Of a stretch of DNA of 64,000 nt, positions 45,394-54,222 are shown piece by piece. The stretch is from an uncultured Acidobacteriota bacterium. GTDB taxonomy: Bacteria; Acidobacteriota; Thermoanaerobaculia; UBA5066; Gp7-AA6. The stretch spans positions 65,524 to 129,523 of the forward strand of contig CAVXTP010000017.1 in the NCBI GenBank assembly GCA_963764715.1, in the 5' to 3' direction. A program made the position numbers and the translations under genes. Position 1 is the first letter of the stretch, and each line of letters begins with the position of its first letter. Below the pieces are notes generated by a model. The model did no database searches. It worked only from the letters and a program-made list of their open reading frames with translations, and was not told the DNA's origin.

Positions 45394-46166
45394 CGGCCGC
45401 CCCCGCCGCCGACGCCCGGGGGCTCGGATTTCGCGGGCATCGCGAAGCGCGAGTCGTCGATCGGGACGTTGAGCTCGATCTTGTCGAACTTGAGCGACTG
45501 GGTCTGGTCGACGCCGGACGCCGCCGCCTCGAAGGAGTGCGGCAGCATCAGGCCCGACACGTCGCGGTAGTCGCCGATCCGGCTCCGGATCTCGACGTCG
45601 CGGCCGTCGACCGACCGCTTCGTCACGGCGAGGATCTGCAGATAGGTCTTCGCATCGAGGTACACGTCGCGGGTGTCGCCGGTCTTGCGCTTGATCCGGA
45701 GGTGCCACGCGTCGACGTCCTCCTCGATCTTCTCGCGCCCGATGACCTCGATCGTGTTGCCCTTGGCCGCGGCGTCGACGAGCGGCCCGTCGATGTCGGC
45801 CTGAAGCTCGATGTCCGCGGTCTCGGACGGCGACATCTTCTGGGGCTCGGTGACCCCGGCGAACGGCATCAGCATCCACGCGGTCTTTCCGTCGTAGGCC
45901 TGGATGGCCGTCTGCCCGTCGAAGATGAATTCCCAGCGCGTCATCGCGGGGCGCTTGATCTCGAGCGTCGTCGGCAGGGTCTCGTCGGCGAGCTTCATCT
46001 TGCCGGTCATCCGCATCGACTGGATCGACTTGATCTTCTCGAGTCCGCCGCGCGCCTGGATGCTCCGGGCGACGAGCTCGTCGGCGGTCGGTTTCTCCGT
46101 CTGCGCCGCGAGCGCCCGGGCGAGCCCCAGCGCGGCGAGGAGCGCGATCGTTCGTGTCCGTTTCAT
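45390..46166 (-). CDS. outer-membrane lipoprotein-sorting (LolA-like) fold protein, secreted
   Basis: A 258-aa ORF with a signal peptide. The opening TADELVARSIQARGGLEKIKSIQSMRMTGKM is typical of LolA-like/DUF4292-type proteins. Its stop overlaps the downstream start (ATGA). Confidence 0.6.
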   Translation of the reverse strand: MKRTRTIALLAALGLARALAAQTEKPTADELVARSIQARGGLEKIKSIQSMRMTGKMKLADETLPTTLEIKRPAMTRWEFIFDGQTAIQAYDGKTAWMLMPFAGVTEPQKMSPSETADIELQADIDGPLVDAAAKGNTIEVIGREKIEEDVDAWHLRIKRKTGDTRDVYLDAKTYLQILAVTKRSVDGRDVEIRSRIGDYRDVSGLMLPHSFEAAASGVDQTQSLKFDKIELNVPIDDSRFAMPAKSEPPGVGGGGGR

Positions 46167-46258
46167 GGGGACCTCCCGTTCGCGGGGACTCTACCCCAGC
46201 GTCCCCGGGCGCGCCCGGGCCCGTCCGGCCGCGGCGCCGCGCGATAGGCTCTCGCCCC

Positions 46259-47350
46259 ATGCAATCGATCGAAGACCTCCCGACCCCTTCGGTCCTCGTC
46301 GACCTCGACGTCCTCGAGTCGAACGTCCGGGGAATGCAGGCCCGCGCCCGCGAGGCGGGACTCAAGCTGCGTCCCCACGCCAAGACGCACAAGTCGCCGG
46401 AGGTCGGGCGGCTGCAGCTCGCGGCCGGCGCCGCGGGCCTCACGCTCGCGAAGACCTCCGAGGCCGAGGTCTTCGCCTCCCTCGGGTTCGAGGACATCTT
46501 TCTGGGCTATCCGATCTACGGAGCGGACAAGGCCCGCCGACTGCTCGCGCTCGCGGACCGCATCCGGCTCGCCGTCGGCGTCGACAGCGAGGCGGGGGCG
46601 AAGAGCCTCGGCGACGTCTTCCACGCCGCCGGGCGCCGGCTCCCGGTGCGCCTCAAGATCGACTGCGGCTACCACCGGGTCGGCGTCGCCCCCGAGCAGG
46701 CCGTCGCCATGGCGCAGCGCATCGCGTCCCTGCCCGGACTGTCGTTCGCCGGCGTCTTCACGCACGGCGGGCAGGGCTACGCGGGACGGACCCCCGAGGA
46801 GGTCGCCGAGGCGGGCCACCTCGAGGGCCGCGTCGTCGCCGCCGCGGCCGAGGCGATCCGGTCCTCCGGGCTTCCGGTCGGCGAGGTCTCCCTCGGCTCG
46901 ACCCCGACGGCGCGGGCGGGCATGTCGGAGCGCGGGGTCACCGAGACGCGGCCCGGGACCTACGTCTACAACGACTTCTCGCAGGTGCAGCTCGGGAGCT
47001 GCCGGCTCGAGGACTGCGCCATGACGATCGTCGCCACCGTCGTGAGCTCTCCCGCGGCGGACCGCGCCGTCGTCGACGCCGGATCGAAGACGCTTTCGAA
47101 CGATCCCCTGCGGCCCGAGGGCCCCGGCCACGGCGCCATCCTCGGCCGCCGCAGCCGCCTCGCGCGGCTCTCCGAGGAGCACGGCGTCATCGCGGTCGAG
47201 CCCGGCGAGTCGTTCGCCGTCGGCGATCGCGTCCGCATCCTGCCCAACCACGCCTGCATCGTGTCGAACCTCCACGACCGTCTCGTCGCCGTCCGCGGCG
47301 GAAGGGTCGAAGGCTGGATCACCGTCGCGGCGCGGGGCTGCGTGCAATAG
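46259..47350 (+). CDS. alanine-racemase-N-domain PLP enzyme (D-serine dehydratase-like / D-threonine aldolase family)
   Basis: The ATG at 46259 lies inside ORF 46154..47350. Motifs include TPSVLVDLDVLESN, RPHAKTHK (PLP lysine) and a C-terminal RILPNHAC. Confidence 0.85.
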   Translation: MQSIEDLPTPSVLVDLDVLESNVRGMQARAREAGLKLRPHAKTHKSPEVGRLQLAAGAAGLTLAKTSEAEVFASLGFEDIFLGYPIYGADKARRLLALADRIRLAVGVDSEAGAKSLGDVFHAAGRRLPVRLKIDCGYHRVGVAPEQAVAMAQRIASLPGLSFAGVFTHGGQGYAGRTPEEVAEAGHLEGRVVAAAAEAIRSSGLPVGEVSLGSTPTARAGMSERGVTETRPGTYVYNDFSQVQLGSCRLEDCAMTIVATVVSSPAADRAVVDAGSKTLSNDPLRPEGPGHGAILGRRSRLARLSEEHGVIAVEPGESFAVGDRVRILPNHACIVSNLHDRLVAVRGGRVEGWITVAARGCVQ

Positions 47351-47359
47351 ACTGGCGGC

Positions 47360-47381
47360 CCGAAAAAACCAGACCTGACCC
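47360..47381 (+). repeat. third copy of CCGAAA-N5-AGACCTGACCC, 23 nt upstream of the YceI-family gene start
   Basis: CCGAAAAAACCAGACCTGACCC, read directly from the sequence. Compare 23708-23729 and the inverted copy at 23631-23652. Confidence 0.6.
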
Positions 47382-47404
47382 TGGACTTTTTCGTAAGGAG
47401 AAAG

Positions 47405-48013
47405 ATGATGTTCCGTACCCGGTTGCTCGCCCTCGTCCTCGCTGCCGCGGCCGCGCCGCTCGCCGCCGCCGACACCTACACCATCGACAAGAACCACTCG
47501 GACGTCAGCTTCCGCGTCCGGCACTTCGCCTCGAAGGTCCGTGGCACCTTCGGCGACTTCGAGGGGGCGATCCAGGCCGATCCCGCCAGGCCCGAGATCT
47601 CCTCGGTGGTCTTCACGATCAAGACCGCCTCGATCAACACGAACACCCCCGACCGGGACAAGCACCTCCAGTCCCCCGACTTCTTCGACGCCGCGAAGTG
47701 CCCGGAGCTGTCCTTCAAGAGCGCGAAGATCGTCCCGGCCGGGAAGGACAAGTACACGGTGACGGGCACGCTCACGATGCACTGCGTCTCGAAGGAGGTG
47801 ACCCTTCCGGTCGAGTACCTCGGAAGCACCAAAGACCCCTGGGGCAACGAGCGCGCGAGCTTCGAGGTGACGACGAAGCTGAACCGCAAGGACTGGGGCA
47901 TCAACTGGAACAAGGCGCTCGACGCGGGCGGATTCATGCTGTCCGACGACGTCGACGTCACCGTCAGCCTGGAGACGGTCAAGAAGAAGCCCGAGGCGGC
48001 CCCGGCCAAGTAG
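47405..48013 (+). CDS. YceI-family periplasmic polyisoprenoid-binding protein
   Basis: It has a signal peptide. IDKNHSDVSFRVRHFASKVRGTF, RDKHLQSPDFFD and the lipocalin-like length are typical of the family. AAGGAG lies 5 nt upstream of the ATG. Confidence 0.9.
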   Translation: MMFRTRLLALVLAAAAAPLAAADTYTIDKNHSDVSFRVRHFASKVRGTFGDFEGAIQADPARPEISSVVFTIKTASINTNTPDRDKHLQSPDFFDAAKCPELSFKSAKIVPAGKDKYTVTGTLTMHCVSKEVTLPVEYLGSTKDPWGNERASFEVTTKLNRKDWGINWNKALDAGGFMLSDDVDVTVSLETVKKKPEAAPAK

Positions 48014-48035
48014 CTCTCGTCGCTCCACCGATCCG

Positions 48036-48068
48036 AGGGCGGCCCGCGCGGCCGCCCTGCGCTTTTCT
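48036..48068 (+). terminator. intrinsic terminator after the YceI-family gene
   Basis: AGGGCGGCC-CGCGC-GGCCGCCCT forms a 9-bp stem and is followed by GCGCTTTTCT. Confidence 0.7.
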
Positions 48069-48163
48069 GGACAACTTTTCCGCCCCCGAAGGGGCCCGCC
48101 TAGCATCCACAGCCCGCTCCGGACCGTACTCCGGCGGACGGAGCCAGCGGTAAAGTTCCTCTC

Positions 48164-49348
48164 ATGAAGACCTCAGTCGCAATCGTCGGGCGTCCCCGGA
48201 CCGTACGGGCCTCCGCCGTGGCGGGCTTCGCGCTCGTCCACGCCGCCGCCCTGGGCGTCATCGCCCTCGGCTTCTCCTGGCGGGGAGTCGCCCTGTGCGT
48301 GGCCTCCTATTACCTGCGGATGTTCGCGGTCACCGCGGGCTTCCACCGCTACTTCAGCCACCGGACGTTCCGCCTCGCCCGCGGGCCGCAGTTCCTGCTC
48401 GCCTTTCTCGGGCAGACCGCCGCCCAGAAGGGCGTTCTCTGGTGGGCCTCCAACCACCGCCATCACCACAAGTACTCGGACCGGCCCGAGGACATCCACA
48501 GTCCCCTCCAGCGCGGTCTCTGGTGGAGCCACATGGGCTGGATCCTGTCGCCGGACTACGTCGAGACCGACCTGTCCAGGGTCCCGGACCTGGCGAAGTA
48601 CCCGGAGCTCCGGTGGCTCGACCGGCACCAGTACGTCCCGACCGTCCTCTACGGCGTCGCGCTGGCCCTCGCGTTCGGCCCGGTGGGCCTCTTCTACGGT
48701 TACTTCCTCTCGACCGTCCTCCTGTGGCACGGCACGTTCTCGATCAACAGCCTCATGCACGTCTTCGGCCGCCGCGCCTTCGCGACGACCGACGACTCTC
48801 GCAACAGCTTCCTGCTCGCTCTCGTCACCATGGGCGAGGGCTGGCACAACAACCATCACTGGGCCCAGGGCTCGGCCGCGCAGGGGTTCCGCTGGTGGGA
48901 GATCGACGCGAGCTACTACCTCCTCTGGCTCGGAGAGAAGCTCGGCCTCGTGCACGAGCTGCACCGCCCGCCGCAGCGGTGGCGCGAGGCCGCGCTCGAG
49001 GCCGCCCGGACCGGGCGCGCCTTCACGTCGGCGAGACTCCACGTCGAGGTCAAGACCCTGACCGAGCGCTGGGCGAGAGATGCGCGCGTCCGTGCGTCTG
49101 ACGGCGCACGACGCGCTCGCCGAGCTCGAGGCGGCCCGGGTGCGCGCCGCGGTGCGGCTCGAGCACCTCCACGCCGAAGCCGCCGCCGCCGGCGCGCGGG
49201 CCGGCCGGCGTCTCGACGAGATCCACCGCGAGATCGAGAAGGCGCGCGCGATCCTCGTCGAGATCCTCCGGCGCCTCGTCGCGACCGCCGAGTCCCTGGG
49301 ACTGCCGGATCCCCAGACGGGATAGCCATGTCGCCCGGAGCCGCTTGA
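48164..49348 (+). CDS. membrane acyl-CoA/acyl-lipid (delta-9 type) fatty-acid desaturase; coding frame changes near 49062-49080
   Basis: Three His boxes are present (HRYFSH, HRHHHKYSD, HNNHHW). After about codon 305 the listed frame becomes Arg-rich with AT-rich third positions, while the +1 frame (ORF 49080..49325) carries the coding signature. Confidence 0.85.
   Translation: MKTSVAIVGRPRTVRASAVAGFALVHAAALGVIALGFSWRGVALCVASYYLRMFAVTAGFHRYFSHRTFRLARGPQFLLAFLGQTAAQKGVLWWASNHRHHHKYSDRPEDIHSPLQRGLWWSHMGWILSPDYVETDLSRVPDLAKYPELRWLDRHQYVPTVLYGVALALAFGPVGLFYGYFLSTVLLWHGTFSINSLMHVFGRRAFATTDDSRNSFLLALVTMGEGWHNNHHWAQGSAAQGFRWWEIDASYYLLWLGEKLGLVHELHRPPQRWREAALEAARTGRAFTSARLHVEVKTLTERWARDARVRASDGARRARRARGGPGARRGAARAPPRRSRRRRRAGRPASRRDPPRDREGARDPRRDPPAPRRDRRVPGTAGSPDGIAMSPGAA
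49080..49325 (+). CDS. coiled-coil segment in the +1 frame (probable frameshifted C-terminus of the desaturase, or a small separate ORF)
   Basis: MRASVRLTAHDALAELEAARVRAAVRLEHLHAE...IEKARAILVEILRRL. In 49141-49200 the third codon positions of this frame are 19/20 G/C, against 12/20 for the desaturase frame. In this frame a stop lies just upstream, at 49059-49061. Confidence 0.45.
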   Translation: MRASVRLTAHDALAELEAARVRAAVRLEHLHAEAAAAGARAGRRLDEIHREIEKARAILVEILRRLVATAESLGLPDPQTG

Positions 49349-50595
49349 GTCGCATCGCCGTCATCGGCTCCGGGATCTCCGGTCTTTCCGCCGCGTACTT
49401 TCTGTCGCGCCGGCACTCCGTCACGCTCTTCGAGCGGGAGGAGCGCCTGGGCGGCCACACGCACACGCACCGGGTCCAGGCGCCCGAGGGCATCCTTCCC
49501 GTCGACACCGGGTTCATCGTCCACAACCCGCGCAACTACCCGAAGCTCTCGCGCCTCCTGCGCGAGCTCTCCGTCGAGACCCAGCCAAGCGACATGTCCT
49601 TCTCGGTTTCCTCCGGCGGGGACGGACCCGACTGGTCGAGCCGCGAGCCGCTCCGCCTCGCGCTTCGCTCGGCCAACCTCCTCGACCGCGCCTGGCGGGG
49701 CTTTCTCCCCGAGATCGCGCGGTTCAACCGCCGCGCGCCGTGCCTGCTCGACGAGCCTGCTCCCGATCGCCTGACGCTCTCCGAGTACCTGACGCGGGAG
49801 CGCTTCGGAAAGCGCTTCCGGGACCACTATCTCTACCCGCTCGCGGCCTCGGTCTGGTCGGCCTCGGCCGACCGGATGGACGACTTCCCCGCGGCGACGG
49901 TCGTGCGTTTCTTCAAGAACCACGGCTTCCTCGGATTCTTCACGCAGAGCCCGTGGCGGTCGATCCGCGGCGGAAGCGCCTCGTACATCCCGCCCCTGAC
50001 TGCCCCGTTCCGGGAGCGCATCCGCCTCGCGGCGCCGATCGAGCGGGTCGTGCGGGACGCGCGCGGCGTCACGGTCCGCGCGCGCGGCCTCGCCGACGAG
50101 CGCTTCGACGAGGTGGTCTTCGCCTGCCACGGCGACCAGGTGCTCCCGATGCTCGCCGACCCGACCCCCGCGGAGACGAGCGTCTTCTCCGTCTTCAAGA
50201 CGAGCGCGAACGAGGCCAGGCTCCACACCGACACTTCGGTGCTGCCCCGCCGGCGGCGGGCCTGGGCGTCGTGGAACTTCCGGCGGTCCAGGGCGCAGGA
50301 CGGCCGCCTCTCCGTCACGTACCACATGAACCGGCTCCAGGCGCTGCCGACCGCGACGGACTACTGCGTCAGCCTGAACGCGAACGGCGAGGTCGACTCT
50401 TCGCGCCTTCTCGCCCGCATGGAGTACCGCCATCCGCTTTTCACCCGCGAGTCCGCCGCGGCCCAGAGGCGCTGGGCCGAGGTGTCCGGAGTCTTCCGCA
50501 CCCACTACTGCGGGGCGTACTGGGGACACGGCTTCCACGAGGACGGGCTCGTCTCGGCCCTCGCCGTGGCCGGGCGCCTGGGAGTCGCCTGGTGA
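49345..50595 (+). CDS. FAD-dependent oxidoreductase (amine-oxidase/phytoene-desaturase-like; UfaD-like context)
   Basis: The TTG at 49345 is preceded by GGAG and overlaps the upstream stop (TTGA). It has a dinucleotide-binding N-terminus (RIAVIGSGISGLSAAYFLSRRHSVTLFERE) and is 416 aa. Confidence 0.88.
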   Translation: MSRIAVIGSGISGLSAAYFLSRRHSVTLFEREERLGGHTHTHRVQAPEGILPVDTGFIVHNPRNYPKLSRLLRELSVETQPSDMSFSVSSGGDGPDWSSREPLRLALRSANLLDRAWRGFLPEIARFNRRAPCLLDEPAPDRLTLSEYLTRERFGKRFRDHYLYPLAASVWSASADRMDDFPAATVVRFFKNHGFLGFFTQSPWRSIRGGSASYIPPLTAPFRERIRLAAPIERVVRDARGVTVRARGLADERFDEVVFACHGDQVLPMLADPTPAETSVFSVFKTSANEARLHTDTSVLPRRRRAWASWNFRRSRAQDGRLSVTYHMNRLQALPTATDYCVSLNANGEVDSSRLLARMEYRHPLFTRESAAAQRRWAEVSGVFRTHYCGAYWGHGFHEDGLVSALAVAGRLGVAW

Positions 50596-51374
50596 GCGCG
50601 GCGCTCCCCACGCCCGCCTTGTACCGTGGAACGCTCCGGCACCGCCGGTTCGCGCCGAAGCTCCACGCCTTCACCTATCCCGTCTTCATGGTCTTCCTGG
50701 ACGTCGACCGCATCGCGGAGCTCTCCCGCGTCTCGCCGTTTCTCTCGGTCAACCGCTGGAACTGGGCGAGCTTCGACGACCGCGACCACCTGGGCGCCCC
50801 GGGGCGCCGACTGCGCGACCGGCTCGCCGACAGCGCGGCCGAGCGGGGCCTGCGGCTTCCCGACGGGCCCATCTTCCTCCTCACGAACCTGCGCTATCTC
50901 GGATACTGTTTCAATCCGGTCTCGTACTTCTACTGCTACGACGGGGCCGGGGAGCTTTCGCTCGTGATGGCGGAAGTCAGCAACACGTTCGGGGAGATGC
51001 ACCCGTACTGGCTCGACGGATCCCTCGAGACCCGCACGGGCGCCGGCCGGCACTACGACTTCGACAAGGCCTTCCACGTGTCCCCGTTCATGCCGATGGA
51101 TTGCCGCTACCGGTTCGGGTTCACCGACCCCGGCGACTCGCTCGTCGTGCAGGTCTCCGAGTGGAGGGCCGCCGACCTGTTCTTCGACGCGACGCTCCGG
51201 CTCCAGCGCGAGCCGTGGGGCGCCGCGGCGCTGCATCGGGCGCTGTGGCGGCACCCGTGGATGACGCTGAAGGTGATCGCCGCGATTCACTGGCAGGCGC
51301 TGCGGCTCTGGGTCAAACGGGTTCCGGTCTTCACGCACCCGAAAAGACTCGACGGGAAGGAGGGCGCGCCATGA
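50592..51374 (+). CDS. DUF1365-family protein (UfaO-like context)
   Basis: The GTG at 50592 overlaps the upstream stop (GTGA). Motifs are LYRGTLRHRRFAPKLHAFTYPVFMVFLDVD, NLRYLGYCFNPVSYFYC and HVSPFMPMD. Confidence 0.85.
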   Translation: MSAALPTPALYRGTLRHRRFAPKLHAFTYPVFMVFLDVDRIAELSRVSPFLSVNRWNWASFDDRDHLGAPGRRLRDRLADSAAERGLRLPDGPIFLLTNLRYLGYCFNPVSYFYCYDGAGELSLVMAEVSNTFGEMHPYWLDGSLETRTGAGRHYDFDKAFHVSPFMPMDCRYRFGFTDPGDSLVVQVSEWRAADLFFDATLRLQREPWGAAALHRALWRHPWMTLKVIAAIHWQALRLWVKRVPVFTHPKRLDGKEGAP

Positions 51375-52603
51375 GCGTTTCTCGCAATCTCTTCCTCCGC
51401 GGTCTCGAGCGGATCGCCGATGGCCGGCTCGAGGTGCGGCTTCCCGGCGGCCGCGTACGGGAGTTCGGCGACCCCGCCTCGGATCTCCACGCGACAGTCG
51501 AGATCCGCGACGAAGCGGCATTTGCCCGGTTCGTGTTCGGCGGCGACATCGCCTTCGGCGAGGCCTACGCGGAGGGGCTCTGGTCCTCGCCGGATCTGCC
51601 GTCGGTCGTGCGCCTGGCGGTCCGCAACATTGCCGCCTTCGACGCCGGCAACCGCGCGACCGCCGCCCTCTCGCGCTGGGCGGCGCGCCTGCGGCACTGG
51701 CTGCGCCGCAATACCGTCTCCGGCAGCCGCCTCAACATCTCGTATCACTACGACCTCGGGACCGACTTCTACTCGCTCTTCCTCGACCCGACGCTGACGT
51801 ACTCGTGCGGGCTCTTCGAGAGGCCGGGCCTCTCGCTCGAGGAGGCCCAGGTTGCGAAGTTCGACCGCATCGCGCAGATGCTCGAGCTCGCGCCGGGGGA
51901 CCGGCTCGTCGAGATCGGCTCGGGCTGGGGCTCCTTCGCTCTGCACGCCGCCCGCCGCTACGGCTGCCGGGTCACGACGACGACGATCAGCCGTTCCCAG
52001 TACGACCACGTCCGCGACCGGCTCGCTCGCGAGGACGGGGGCGGACAGGTAGAGCTCCTCTTCGAGGACTACCGCCAGCTGACCGGCCGGTATGACAAGG
52101 CCGTTTCGATCGAGATGTTCGAGGCGGTCGGCCTCGCCTATTACGACGACTACTTCCGCGCCGTCGACCGGCTGCTCGAGCCCGGCGGGACGATGCTGCT
52201 GCAGACGATCTGGATCAACGAGGAGCGGTTCCCGCGCTACCACGCCCAGCCCGACTTCATCCAGCGCCACGTCTTCCCCGGCAGCGAGCTCGCGTCGATC
52301 GGGCAAATCCGCCGGTCGCTCGCACGGGCCACGACGCTTTCCGTCGCCGCGCTCGAGGAGATCGGGCTCCACTACGTTTCGACGCTCACCGCCTGGCGCC
52401 AGGCCTTCCTCGCCCACCGCGACAGGGTCCGCGCCCTCGGCTTCCCCGAGACGTTCGTGCGCCTGTGGGACTACTACCTCGCCTACTGCCAGGGGGCGTT
52501 CGCGGAGCGGTACATCGGCGACGCGCAGATCCTCCTCGCGAAGGTGGCGGCGCCGGCCGGCCGGGCCGCGGTCCGCTCCGGGGCGGCGGGAGCGAAGGCG
52601 TGA
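51371..52603 (+). CDS. cfa: cyclopropane-fatty-acyl-phospholipid synthase family SAM methyltransferase
   Basis: The ATG at 51371 overlaps the upstream stop (ATGA). Motifs are ISYHYDLGTDFYSLFLDPTLTYSCG, the SAM site LVEIGSGWGSFALHAA, and SIEMFEAVG. Confidence 0.9.
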   Translation: MSVSRNLFLRGLERIADGRLEVRLPGGRVREFGDPASDLHATVEIRDEAAFARFVFGGDIAFGEAYAEGLWSSPDLPSVVRLAVRNIAAFDAGNRATAALSRWAARLRHWLRRNTVSGSRLNISYHYDLGTDFYSLFLDPTLTYSCGLFERPGLSLEEAQVAKFDRIAQMLELAPGDRLVEIGSGWGSFALHAARRYGCRVTTTTISRSQYDHVRDRLAREDGGGQVELLFEDYRQLTGRYDKAVSIEMFEAVGLAYYDDYFRAVDRLLEPGGTMLLQTIWINEERFPRYHAQPDFIQRHVFPGSELASIGQIRRSLARATTLSVAALEEIGLHYVSTLTAWRQAFLAHRDRVRALGFPETFVRLWDYYLAYCQGAFAERYIGDAQILLAKVAAPAGRAAVRSGAAGAKA

Positions 52604-52932
52604 AGACCGCGCTCATCGCCCTCTTCGGGGCCATCCTCGCCGGCATGCTCGCGGTCACCGGCTGGGCGAGCCTGCGCATCCCGATCTGGAAGGCGGGCCC
52701 GGACATCTCGGACCCCTGGTCGCTCGCGACGCTCGCCGACGCCTACGCCGGGTTCCTCACCTTCTTCGTCTGGGTCGCGTACCGGGAGTCGAAGCTCGCC
52801 GCCAGGGCCCTGTGGTTCGTCCTCATCATGGCCCTGGGCAACATCGCGATGTCGATCTATGTCCTTCGGGAGCTCCTGCAGCTCGCGCCGGGCGAGCCGC
52901 CCTCGCGCCTGCTCGAGAAGCGCCGCGCATGA
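52600..52932 (+). CDS. small 3-TM membrane protein (DUF1475-like, from memory)
   Basis: The GTG at 52600 overlaps the upstream stop (GTGA). It is 110 aa with three hydrophobic helices. Confidence 0.6.
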   Translation: MKTALIALFGAILAGMLAVTGWASLRIPIWKAGPDISDPWSLATLADAYAGFLTFFVWVAYRESKLAARALWFVLIMALGNIAMSIYVLRELLQLAPGEPPSRLLEKRRA

Positions 52933-53447
52933 GCCTCCGGGAATTCCTCCGCTCGTGGATCGCCGCGCCGATCCGCGAGCAGCTCACGCAGGGCCTCTCG
53001 CCCGAAAAGATCGCCCTGACGATCGGCGTGGGCCTGGCGATCGCCGTCATCCCGGTCGTCGGCGTGACGACGGTCATGAGCTTCCTCGCCGCCTGGGCGC
53101 TCCGGCTCAACCAGCCCATCATCCAGACGATCAACTGGTCCTCGTATGCGCTCCAGCTGCTGATGATCTTCCCCTTCATCCGCCTGGGCGAGAAGCTCTT
53201 CCGCGCGCCGCGCCTCCGTCTCTCCCTCGACGAGCTCGTCGCGATGGGCAAGGCCGATCCTCTCGGGACGCTGTCGCGCCTCGGCTCGACGATCGGGCAC
53301 GCGGTCGTCGCCTGGGCGCTCGTCGCGCCGCTGATCGTGGCCGCCGCGTACTACGGGACCCGACCCGCGCTGCGCGCCCTGTCCCGCCGGCTCGCGCCGC
53401 CGGCCGCGAGGCCGGACGACGCCAGGGGAGTGGACGATGTGGCGTGA
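52929..53447 (+). CDS. DUF2062-family membrane protein
   Basis: The ATG at 52929 overlaps the upstream stop (ATGA). LSPEKIALTIGVGLAIAVIPVVGVTTVMSFLAAWALRLNQP matches the DUF2062 pattern I recall. Confidence 0.65.
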   Translation: MSLREFLRSWIAAPIREQLTQGLSPEKIALTIGVGLAIAVIPVVGVTTVMSFLAAWALRLNQPIIQTINWSSYALQLLMIFPFIRLGEKLFRAPRLRLSLDELVAMGKADPLGTLSRLGSTIGHAVVAWALVAPLIVAAAYYGTRPALRALSRRLAPPAARPDDARGVDDVA

Positions 53448-54222
53448 GGCCGCCGCGCTCGCCCTCTGGGGCGCCCTCCTCGTGACGGCGGTCATGTTCG
53501 CCGCCTGGGCCGCGCACTTGAAGGCCCGGAACGCCGGCGTCGTCGACGTCGCCTGGTCGGCCAACATCGCGCTCCTCGCCGTGCTGTACGCGGCGCTGGG
53601 ACCGGGGCTTGTGCTGCGGCGCGTCCTCGTCGCGCTCATGGGCGGCGTCTCCGGCTTGCGTCTGGCATGGCACATCCACGCCCGCGGGCACGGCAAGCCC
53701 GAGGACGGCCGCTATGCGACCCTGCGAAAGGAGTGGGGCGGGAACGTCGAGGTGAAGTTCCTCTTCTTCTTCCTCTTCCAGGGACTCCTCGATCTCGTCC
53801 TCGGAATCCCGTTCCTCTTCGCCTCGCTCGACGAATCCGCTCCGGTCTCGCCTCTCGCATGGGCCGGCGTCGCGCTGTGGTGCGTCGCCGTCACCGGCGA
53901 GACGACGGCCGACCGGCAGCTCGAGCGTTTCAAGTCGGACCCGGCCAACAAGGGCCGGACGTGCCGCGCCGGCCTCTGGCGGTTCTCGCGCCACCCCAAT
54001 TACTTCTTCGAGTGGCTCGTGTGGGTCGCCTGGGCCGTCTTCGCGCTCGCCTCGCCCGGCGGGTGGCTCGCGCTCGTCTGCCCGGCCCTGATGCTGTTCT
54101 TCCTGCTGCGGGTCACCGGCATCCCCGCGACCGAAGCCCAGGCCCTGAAGTCCCGCGGCGACGACTACCGCGACTACCAGCGCACGACGTCGGCGTTCGT
54201 GCCGTGGCTCCCGAAAGCATGA
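53437..54222 (+). CDS. DUF1295 / steroid-5-alpha-reductase-like membrane protein
   Basis: A 261-aa multi-TM ORF containing GLWRFSRHPNYFFEWLVW. It overlaps the upstream gene by 11 nt. Confidence 0.75.
   Translation: MWREAAALALWGALLVTAVMFAAWAAHLKARNAGVVDVAWSANIALLAVLYAALGPGLVLRRVLVALMGGVSGLRLAWHIHARGHGKPEDGRYATLRKEWGGNVEVKFLFFFLFQGLLDLVLGIPFLFASLDESAPVSPLAWAGVALWCVAVTGETTADRQLERFKSDPANKGRTCRAGLWRFSRHPNYFFEWLVWVAWAVFALASPGGWLALVCPALMLFFLLRVTGIPATEAQALKSRGDDYRDYQRTTSAFVPWLPKA

Noticed and set aside
47351-47404. A6...T5 flanked CCAG-N8-CTGG after the D-serine-dehydratase-like gene as a bidirectional intrinsic terminator.
   Set aside because: The stem is only 4 bp. The segment is better explained as a third copy of the CCGAAA-N5-AGACCTGACCC motif upstream of the YceI-family gene.
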